Made by a program: the position numbers and the translations under genes. Shown here in pieces: positions 38,395 through 45,101 of a stretch of 64,000 nt of DNA (the stretch's first letter is position 1; each line of letters starts with the position of its first letter). The stretch lies in the NCBI GenBank assembly GCA_003649205.1, contig QMRC01000006.1, positions 13,190-77,189 on the forward strand, given 5' to 3'. The DNA comes from Thermoprotei archaeon. Its GTDB lineage: Archaea > Thermoproteota > Thermoprotei > Thermoproteales > B15-G16. Below the pieces are notes generated by a model that was not told the origin of the DNA, did no database searches, and saw nothing but the letters and a program-made list of their open reading frames with translations.

Positions 38395-38718
38395 GTGTTG
38401 AGTATCCCCCGAATAACTATCTACATCCATGAGAGCGATTGGGAAAAGCTGACGAAAATAGCTGAGCAGAGAGGACAATCAATGTACAGCATAGTGAAGC
38501 AAGTAGTACTTGAGTTCCTGAAGCTAAGTAACCCAATTGTTGCTCATGGTAAGCTTTCTAGGGATTTAGCTACCTGTCGGAGCATTATCAAGCGATTTGG
38601 TTGGTGTGCTCTCTGCATACATGCTGAGGTTGTTGGTGATAGGTTAGTCTGCAGAAAGACAGGCAAAGTCATAGAAAAACCCATATGGCAATGCCCACAC
38701 CCCATACCCAAGGTGTAA
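38395..38718 (+). CDS. RHH-like N-terminal domain protein with Cys-rich C-terminal region
   Basis: ITIYIHESDWEKLTKIAEQRGQSMYSIVKQVVLEFL has a beta-strand/helix/helix pattern. The C-terminal region is CALCIHAE..CRKTG..CPH. It lies directly downstream of the iteron array. Confidence 0.5.
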   Translation: MLSIPRITIYIHESDWEKLTKIAEQRGQSMYSIVKQVVLEFLKLSNPIVAHGKLSRDLATCRSIIKRFGWCALCIHAEVVGDRLVCRKTGKVIEKPIWQCPHPIPKV

Positions 38719-38727
38719 ATCATGCTT

Positions 38728-38751
38728 TTTACACAGCTGCAGCTGTGTAAA
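38728..38751. promoter_or_regulatory. perfect 24-bp palindrome TTTACACAGCTGCAGCTGTGTAAA
   Basis: Read directly from the sequence. It is flanked by an AAATCAT / ATGATTT inverted pair and GTAAAT repeats, in the 76-bp gap upstream of ORF 38795. Confidence 0.5.
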
Positions 38752-38794
38752 TGATTTTTACTCACTGACAGGTGCGTAAATTTGGTGAGAATTC

Positions 38795-39163
38795 ATGTCC
38801 GAGATGGAGAAGTTAATTAGGAACCTGAACATACTGCGAAACTACTTCAGCAAGGTACCACCTGAAGTCATTGAGGCTCTCATGTACTTTGAGGATAGGT
38901 TCTTCACTGAGAAATACCATGTTGTTCGCTCTAAGACAGGTAGGGAGTATCGCTACAGGTACCTCTACATCAGGTTGAATGACTACAGGACACTAGGTTA
39001 CTTCAGGATAAATGATAGCAATGATGAATTGCTGCTACACGAAATTAGGCAGGTCAAGGCATTTTCACAAGCACTACTACAGTACATAGCAATGCTCAGA
39101 CACAGCAAACTAGCAAACCTCACCAAAATTTACTCAAGGACCTTGAGTAAAAACAACCAATAA
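38795..39163 (+). CDS. hypothetical protein (element)
   Basis: 122-aa ORF with no recognisable motif. Confidence 0.5.
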   Translation: MSEMEKLIRNLNILRNYFSKVPPEVIEALMYFEDRFFTEKYHVVRSKTGREYRYRYLYIRLNDYRTLGYFRINDSNDELLLHEIRQVKAFSQALLQYIAMLRHSKLANLTKIYSRTLSKNNQ

Positions 39164-39224
39164 CACATCAGCAATTGGGGAAATTGAATTGGGGTGATGC
39201 CCCCTGAACCTCAAGGTCTATTTC

Positions 39225-40211
39225 GTGAAGAAAACTAGGCAATACGAGGTCTATGAGGGCTCTAGGAGAATCCTCAGGACTAAGGTACATGCAAAAGCTC
39301 ACGAGTACCTATCGAAACAAATCAATTCAAGTTTTGAGTTCTACTTTGTTTGTTGCAATAGGGAGCACCTGTTAGCATGTTCACGTTTCTTTGAACTCAC
39401 AGGTCGCAGGCTCAATGTGTTGATTAGTTACAACTTCATACGTGACAGGTACCTCACACAGGTGCTTCAGCAAGTTAGACCACACCTAAGCAAAGTCATG
39501 ATTGATTCAGGTGCTTTCCATGTACTTATCCGCAAGGTACCCCTGGAAAAGTTCCAGAGCTACATAGGTGAGTACGTGAATTGGCTCAACAACCACACAG
39601 AGCTTTACGACTACTGTGTCGCACCTGACGTACCCTGTGATGAACGACCCGCAGAAAAAATCCAGAAACTACCAAACAGGTACAAGATAGAGCTAACCAT
39701 AGCTAACACAGTTCACTGGATAGATAGGTTGACAGACCCTCGCAAGGCTGTGGCTGTAGTTCAGGGTTATTTCGTGAATGAGTACCTGCTCTGTGCTGAG
39801 AAGCTGAAAGAACTCGGGCTCACAACAGCAAAGACAGGTGTCGGCTCTTTATGTGTCAGGAAATACAGTAGACAACAAGCACGTGAAGTACCACAGATAC
39901 TAGCTAGCATAAGACAGGTCTTACCGTCATGGGTGAAACTTCACGCATTCGGTCTTCAGCTAGATTTCTTACCGACCTGTCTCAAGTACCTACACAGCTC
40001 AGACAGTGCCTCATGGCAATTAAGTTACTCAAAGTTCAATAGGATACGAATAGCGAACCTGTCGACAGGTCAAACAGTTGAGCTTGATTTAGTTAGTCAT
40101 GGCGGAGCGAGGAAAAAGAACCTAGACCAAGTCACGATATACACATACAACCTCTTAGCCTACTGGAATAGAGTTCAGCAACTAACGAGACAGGCAGCAC
40201 AGACAAAATAA
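39225..40211 (+). CDS. TGT-fold transglycosylase, DpdA-like (candidate DNA or tRNA 7-deazaguanine transglycosylase)
   Basis: The order of blocks matches tRNA-guanine transglycosylases. These are MIDSGAFHV (Asp94, cf. DSGGFQ), AVVQGY (cf. VQGG), GVGSLC, KLHAFGL (cf. xLxGxG) and HSSDSASW (Asp260, cf. FDS/FDC). There is no PUA domain and no Cys-Cys-Cys-His zinc site, as in the short phage/island DpdA proteins. Confidence 0.6.
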   Translation: MKKTRQYEVYEGSRRILRTKVHAKAHEYLSKQINSSFEFYFVCCNREHLLACSRFFELTGRRLNVLISYNFIRDRYLTQVLQQVRPHLSKVMIDSGAFHVLIRKVPLEKFQSYIGEYVNWLNNHTELYDYCVAPDVPCDERPAEKIQKLPNRYKIELTIANTVHWIDRLTDPRKAVAVVQGYFVNEYLLCAEKLKELGLTTAKTGVGSLCVRKYSRQQAREVPQILASIRQVLPSWVKLHAFGLQLDFLPTCLKYLHSSDSASWQLSYSKFNRIRIANLSTGQTVELDLVSHGGARKKNLDQVTIYTYNLLAYWNRVQQLTRQAAQTK

Positions 40212-40230
40212 AGTAAGTGTTGAAAACTGC

Positions 40231-40995
40231 TCAAGTCCCCATGTTCTCTATCTCATGTCCTGTAGGGTATAGGTTCAGTTTCTTTATGTACTTGTACACT
40301 GTTTGACGTGAAACACCGAGTGCTCTAGCTATATCACTTATACTGTAACCTTTCTTCAACATATCCTCAATAGTCTTCTCCCTATTAGCAGTCTGGATAG
40401 CTACCTGTAAGTCCATGAACACCTTCTCAACAAAGAGCCTCCTCATTTCCTGATACTTCACATAGATGTCGTGGTCTAGCTTAGGCACGAAGGTATCTAC
40501 ACCAATTTCCTTCACCACGAACTTACCCGTAGGAGTCCACGTAAACCTGTAGATGTGTGCCTCTCTCTCACCTTGCTTACTCTTCCTAATGTGTACATGT
40601 ATCCAACACATCTCACGTAGTGCTCTTAAGAGCAGGCGATAGGTAGGTACCGTGAATATGACAGCACCTGTCACAGTCCTAGCAACCTCAAGGAACTTTA
40701 CAAATAGCTGACGGTCTTCTTTAAGAAAGTCATATTTGCTTATCCACACACCAGCATCATCATAGCACAGACACTTAACACGCTTACGATACCTAAGACA
40801 CTCCCTAATAATTGGGAAAGACTGCTTAACATCGAAGAATACGTAGTTGAGAGCAGTCTCCCTACAATACAGCTCACTCAAGACCTTGATAGCGTAGGTA
40901 GTCTTACCAACCCCTTGCTGACCCTGAATAACAATAACCTCAAATCCATTGTTCCTGAAAGCACGCTCAATTATCTTAGTTAGGACAAACGGCAT
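40231..40995 (-). CDS. P-loop NTPase with C-terminal helix-turn-helix
   Basis: Walker A QGQQGVGKTTYA, Walker B-like CLCYDDAG, and a C-terminal GYSISDIARALGVSRQTVYKYIKKL (resolvase/HTH_7-like). Confidence 0.7.
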   Translation of the reverse strand: MPFVLTKIIERAFRNNGFEVIVIQGQQGVGKTTYAIKVLSELYCRETALNYVFFDVKQSFPIIRECLRYRKRVKCLCYDDAGVWISKYDFLKEDRQLFVKFLEVARTVTGAVIFTVPTYRLLLRALREMCWIHVHIRKSKQGEREAHIYRFTWTPTGKFVVKEIGVDTFVPKLDHDIYVKYQEMRRLFVEKVFMDLQVAIQTANREKTIEDMLKKGYSISDIARALGVSRQTVYKYIKKLNLYPTGHEIENMGT

Positions 40996-40998
40996 ACC

Positions 40999-41301
40999 TC
41001 ACTCCTCCTCAATCTCCTCCTCACGACCAACAGGTATGAACCTCTTACGACCCATTACATGCGTTATAGTCCTGAAGAACTTAGCAAACGATAGCAGAGC
41101 TGAGTAACCACGACCGCCCTCAGCTAACCTCAACTCAAGGTAAGGTATGATGAATGAGTCTCTCAAGTCCTGAAGGTTGTACCTGTCGCATATGAAGAGC
41201 AACGTAGCTATCTTACGAGCCTCACCATACTGCAACCTAGTTAAGCGAAGTATGTTCCCCGAGGTAAGAGCCTCAATTAGTTCCTCTGACATGAGCCTCA
41301 C
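40999..41301 (-). CDS. hypothetical protein (element)
   Basis: 100-aa ORF with an acidic tail, coupled to the neighbouring genes. Confidence 0.5.
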   Translation of the reverse strand: MRLMSEELIEALTSGNILRLTRLQYGEARKIATLLFICDRYNLQDLRDSFIIPYLELRLAEGGRGYSALLSFAKFFRTITHVMGRKRFIPVGREEEIEEE

Positions 41302-41302
41302 C

Positions 41303-41758
41303 TCACAGGTGAATGATACCGAACTTCACGAGCATGAACATGATGTACGCACCTATGATTAACCCACAAATCAGAGCAATGATGACAGGAGTAGCCCTAA
41401 CAGGTACCTTCTCCGTTAGCAGAGCCCTCAGTACCTGTCCCTTGATAATCTGCGATATAGTGTCACTATCAATGTAGGGGTCTTGATATTGACCACAGAA
41501 GTACACTATCTTTCTGACAGGTGCCCACACCTTCACGTCTCTAAACACCCTAACCCTACCCCCAGCAAGCACCAGCTTCCTCTCCGGATTGAGCAATTTA
41601 GCAGGCGTAATCTCGACATGCTTATCGTTCACGATAATAGCTATGTGCTTTGACCTGAAGATACGTCCTTCAGGTCTCGCTAGGAACATCATGATGAATG
41701 TGACAGGTATAGCTACGCAGTATATTGCGACTAGGATAGGGCTCAACATAGGGCTCAC
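41303..41758 (-). CDS. membrane protein (element)
   Basis: 151 aa with N- and C-terminal TM helices. Confidence 0.5.
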   Translation of the reverse strand: MSPMLSPILVAIYCVAIPVTFIMMFLARPEGRIFRSKHIAIIVNDKHVEITPAKLLNPERKLVLAGGRVRVFRDVKVWAPVRKIVYFCGQYQDPYIDSDTISQIIKGQVLRALLTEKVPVRATPVIIALICGLIIGAYIMFMLVKFGIIHL

Positions 41759-42280
41759 CTACAGAGTCTTCTCAGCTTCAGCAATGAGCTTGTTCAGGAC
41801 CTGCTCAACCCTCTCAATTCGCTTAGCTAACTCACTGAGCCTATCCTCACTATGATTTGAGCCTAGCTTACTCACGTCGATAGCGTCTAGGAATATCGAG
41901 AGCGGAACAGCAATAGCGTACTCAAACCTCTCAACCTTACCACTCTGCTCGACAGGTATCGTAACTTGCTGAGCCTCCCTCTCCCTCACCAAAATCAGAA
42001 CACGGTCAGGATTCCTAACCGCAGAGACAGGTAGCTTAGACAGGTACGGTCTCCTACCTGTCTCACTTTCGGACGTGTACGGTCTACCTCTCTGAAAGTG
42101 AAGTACTAAGCACAGAGCACCGAGACTAGCTAGAGCAATGAAACCAACCCACTTCAGCGTAAAGACCGCTCCAGAGGATATCTTAGCAGTCAGTGGTGAC
42201 AGGTATGGGTCATACCAAATCAAGTACATGACTGCACCTGTGAGCAGTGCTGTGCTCAGGTAAAGGAAACGAGTACTCAC
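41759..42280 (-). CDS. membrane protein (element)
   Basis: 173 aa with three N-terminal TM helices and a C-terminal coiled segment. Confidence 0.5.
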   Translation of the reverse strand: MSTRFLYLSTALLTGAVMYLIWYDPYLSPLTAKISSGAVFTLKWVGFIALASLGALCLVLHFQRGRPYTSESETGRRPYLSKLPVSAVRNPDRVLILVREREAQQVTIPVEQSGKVERFEYAIAVPLSIFLDAIDVSKLGSNHSEDRLSELAKRIERVEQVLNKLIAEAEKTL

Positions 42281-42405
42281 TTACAACCCACCTCACTTAT
42301 GTAAACTTTTTCACAAAAACCATAAGGTCAACTTGCGAGATATCCTGAATAATCACTGAACACGGAGCAAACCTGAGACAGGTCGAAAAGTAGGAGGTGA
42401 AGTAG

Positions 42406-42765
42406 GTGGACATAGACCTAGGGAACATCCTGAGAGCTGTCCTGTTTGTAGCCCTAATACCCACGCTATTCGGAGCTATAGCTGGATTCGTTGACCCTTC
42501 ACTACAACCAATGATACAGCCCCTACTCAGCCTAGTACCAATGCTCATAATCCTCAACCTAATCAAAGACCTGTTCTCAGAAGCTGGAGCAAAGGGATTC
42601 GTCAAGATATTCGATATCCTACTGCTCGTAATGATGTTACCTGTCCTAATCAACATGTTCGGAGCAGCCACAGGACAAAACGAAGCACTAGCACAAGTCT
42701 CAGGACTCCTACAGCAACTCCTACCAATCCTACTATTCATCAAGCTCATCGAAGAGATGGTTTAG
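42406..42765 (+). CDS. small membrane protein (element)
   Basis: 119 aa with 3-4 TM helices. It is immediately upstream of the large glycoprotein gene. I prefer it to the antisense track ORF 42297..42749. Confidence 0.5.
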   Translation: MDIDLGNILRAVLFVALIPTLFGAIAGFVDPSLQPMIQPLLSLVPMLIILNLIKDLFSEAGAKGFVKIFDILLLVMMLPVLINMFGAATGQNEALAQVSGLLQQLLPILLFIKLIEEMV

Positions 42766-42786
42766 TTCCTTCGAGGTGATTAAGCT

Positions 42787-44541
42787 ATGAAACCCAAGCC
42801 CCTTTTTGCAATCTTAACAGTACTCACTCTAGTGCTCATAGTGGCGGTTGTTAATGCTGGTGAGTACACGCTATACGATGTACTTCAGTACGCTCATGAG
42901 GTACATGTCTTCGGAAAGACATACAACACAGCAAGTTATGGCACCACAACTTACTCTGGGACATGGAATCTAACTGATGTTGTGTCGGGGAGGAAAGTTA
43001 CATTTGGCTACAGGCAATACCTACAAGACCCAGATAGCTCCGACACAATCGTTATTGTGTTTCAGAAGAATACAGCTATCGAGGTCGGTACTGGTAGCGG
43101 GAAGTGTGTCTACGGTAAACCTGTCGTAATTACGTATGATACTGAAACAGGAAGGAGGACTATGTACTACATTGATGGCGGTGAACTGAAGAAAGTAGGT
43201 GAATTCACTGGTGGTACCTACGTCTACTGGAACGGTACAAAGTTATGTCAAGCACTACGTTTCAAGGACTGGTTAGATTTCCACAAGTTCTTTAACAACA
43301 CATGCATGTTAATACTCCCAGACATCACGACATACGACTACAGGATAATTGATGGGTCTTCCGAGCTATTAAAGGATAAGTGTGGTGGAAATGGTTTCCA
43401 CACCCTCATTATCTTCGGTGGTGAGTACCTAAACAAATCGATAATTGTTGAAGTTGCTGGAGCCTACGGAATCAAGAACATAACGCTCACTACAGAACTC
43501 AACACAGTCTACACGATTGACCCAAAGCACTTGAAGTTAGCTGTGTTCACAGGTAACCTAACGGAGACGCTATCGAGGGCGAGCCAGAGCACAGAGGAAA
43601 GTACACAGGAAAGTACAACTAACACGACAAACGAGACCTCAACACCAACCACAGCACCAGAGACGAAGGTGTACAAGGTCACGATACATGTCTACGATGT
43701 GGATACCAATGAGGAAATCACATCAGCAATGGTTAAGGCGGGTTGGTTCACGAAGACAGGTTCACCTGTTACCTTTGAGTTCAAGTGGAAGGAACCACAG
43801 TGGTTACCTATCTCAGCTAGTGCTACAGGTTACAAGTCCTTCAGCACAACTATCTGGGTCGATACCAACATGACGCTGTGGGTAGGGCTAGTCAAGGAAA
43901 CCTCGAACAGCACCGAGCAATACAGTAAATTACTGAGGCTCGGTGTCTCAATTGCGGGTGTTGGTTCAACTCCATATTGGGCTCAGGAAAACAAGACATT
44001 CACAGAGTGGGCTAATGAGGTTGAGCAGTTACTATCCTCATCACAGGCTCCTGAGGTTAAGTATGAGACTACGTGGTATGGTTTGAAGATAGTCGCTGTG
44101 AAGGTACCTTCAGGTAGACCAGCATACGGAGTAGCGACTATTGTCGCTGTTAAGAAAGGATTTCTCGGTACCCTAACATGGGAAGAAGAACTCGGTACTG
44201 TGCAAATAGTGAATGGTACGGGTTATTTCCATGTTGACTACGAGACAATCAAGAACAAGCTACAACTCAAAGAGTGGGGAGGGGAGTACTTCTACGGTTT
44301 CAAGATTGTATGGAAGGTCGGTGACCTAGACCCAGAGGTCGAGGTTGTACCTGTCAAGAATACATGGACGCCTGTCTACATTCAGGTGAATGAGCAGACA
44401 GGAACCTACTCAGCAACAACACTACCACAGACAGCATTAACGAATGTCGGAACATCACTAACACAGATGCTCATAACCCTACTACCACTGTTCATCATAT
44501 TCGCACTCATTGGAGCTATTACAGGTCGTAGAAGGCGATAG
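42787..44541 (+). CDS. large secreted, C-terminally anchored glycoprotein-like protein (candidate virion/envelope or surface protein)
   Basis: Signal peptide MKPKPLFAILTVLTLVLIVAVVNA. Many N-x-S/T sequons. Thr/Ser-rich linker ESTQESTTNTTNETSTPTTAPETK. C-terminal TM helix plus RRRR stop-transfer. Confidence 0.6.
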   Translation: MKPKPLFAILTVLTLVLIVAVVNAGEYTLYDVLQYAHEVHVFGKTYNTASYGTTTYSGTWNLTDVVSGRKVTFGYRQYLQDPDSSDTIVIVFQKNTAIEVGTGSGKCVYGKPVVITYDTETGRRTMYYIDGGELKKVGEFTGGTYVYWNGTKLCQALRFKDWLDFHKFFNNTCMLILPDITTYDYRIIDGSSELLKDKCGGNGFHTLIIFGGEYLNKSIIVEVAGAYGIKNITLTTELNTVYTIDPKHLKLAVFTGNLTETLSRASQSTEESTQESTTNTTNETSTPTTAPETKVYKVTIHVYDVDTNEEITSAMVKAGWFTKTGSPVTFEFKWKEPQWLPISASATGYKSFSTTIWVDTNMTLWVGLVKETSNSTEQYSKLLRLGVSIAGVGSTPYWAQENKTFTEWANEVEQLLSSSQAPEVKYETTWYGLKIVAVKVPSGRPAYGVATIVAVKKGFLGTLTWEEELGTVQIVNGTGYFHVDYETIKNKLQLKEWGGEYFYGFKIVWKVGDLDPEVEVVPVKNTWTPVYIQVNEQTGTYSATTLPQTALTNVGTSLTQMLITLLPLFIIFALIGAITGRRRR

Positions 44542-44544
44542 AGC

Positions 44545-44847
44545 ATGACTAACCGCTACGTCTACCTTGGAAAGAAAGTGAAGGACATAGGCAAGAAAGG
44601 ACTAGACCGACCAAGCGAGTACCTAGCAATAGCGAGAGCTATAGCACAAGACTACAAGGCTGGTAGGATAAGTAAAAAGACTGCTCACGGACGCTTTTTA
44701 CTACTTTACAGGCTCGTGGATAAGAATAGCAAGCTGAAGGTACCTAAGTCAGTTAAGGAACGTCTCAAACGCAAGATTAAGGAAATCTGGATGAAGACCA
44801 TTGGAGGTGGGAAGGTGGCTCGAAAGAGGAAAAGAAAGAAAAGGTAG
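44545..44847 (+). CDS. small basic protein (possible nucleic-acid-binding)
   Basis: 100 aa, Lys/Arg-rich, with the C-terminal tail ARKRKRKKR. Confidence 0.5.
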   Translation: MTNRYVYLGKKVKDIGKKGLDRPSEYLAIARAIAQDYKAGRISKKTAHGRFLLLYRLVDKNSKLKVPKSVKERLKRKIKEIWMKTIGGGKVARKRKRKKR

Positions 44848-45003
44848 GCTCAAGTCACATCACCTGTATGTCGCTCTAACTACCTAATTTCTTGAGCTTG
44901 CTCTAGTCCTCAAGAATTCTTTACACATGTCTCATGTCCTGCGACCTGTCACCTAGACCTGAACTAGCTCAAGACAGAAGGTGGGTGACTTCTCTCAACT
45001 TAT

Positions 45004-45060
45004 TTAGGTCAGACAAGGCTGAATTCTTCACGGATCTGCCTCGCCTGGGCTCATCATAAA
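45004..45060 (-). ncRNA. C/D box sRNA (dual guide) whose 3' end is the att core
   Basis: The minus strand reads AUGAUGA(C, 45051-45057)-GCCCAGGCGAGG(12)-CAGA(D', 45035-45038)-UCC-GUGAAGA(C', 45025-45031)-AUUCAGCCUUGU(12)-CUGA(D, 45009-45012)-CCU. Confidence 0.75.
45006..45022. repeat. attR: 17-bp direct repeat AGGTCAGACAAGGCTGA
   Basis: Exact copy of 34219-34235. It lies inside the 3' part of the minus-strand C/D box sRNA. Confidence 0.75.
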
Positions 45061-45101
45061 GCAGCCAATTACCTACTCTCGAGACCCTCTAATAAAGATC
45101 A

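Larger units (their letters stand above)
34219..45022. mobile_element. integrated element (provirus or integrative plasmid), about 10.8 kb
   Basis: The element is bounded by an exact 17-bp direct repeat. It has a tyrosine integrase at the left end and many small ORFs without cellular homologs. It also carries wHTH and RHH regulators, a P-loop ATPase and a membrane/glycoprotein module. A heptamer is strongly over-represented in the element relative to the flanks. Confidence 0.8.

Noticed and set aside
38180-38478. Track ORFs 38180..38401 (+, 73 aa) and 38200..38478 (-, 92 aa).
   Set aside because: Both run through the ATTGGAACCAAT repeat array. Their peptides are repeat artefacts (DWNQ..DWNQ, PMIGFND..) with no protein-like features. 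I treat the region as non-coding.
42297-42749. 150-aa minus-strand ORF antisense to 42406..42765.
   Set aside because: It is Ser/Arg/Cys-rich and low-complexity with no TM pattern. The plus-strand ORF has clear TM helices and sits in operon-like register with the downstream glycoprotein gene.
34219-45022. The possibility that the 17-bp repeat is a chance match.
   Set aside because: A random 17-mer repeat somewhere in 64 kb is not impossible; I estimate the chance at roughly 0.1. Here, however, the two copies sit 10 bp from an integrase gene and exactly at the 3' end of an sRNA gene and of an ORF. They also bracket the compositionally and motif-wise distinct segment. I therefore accept them as att sites.
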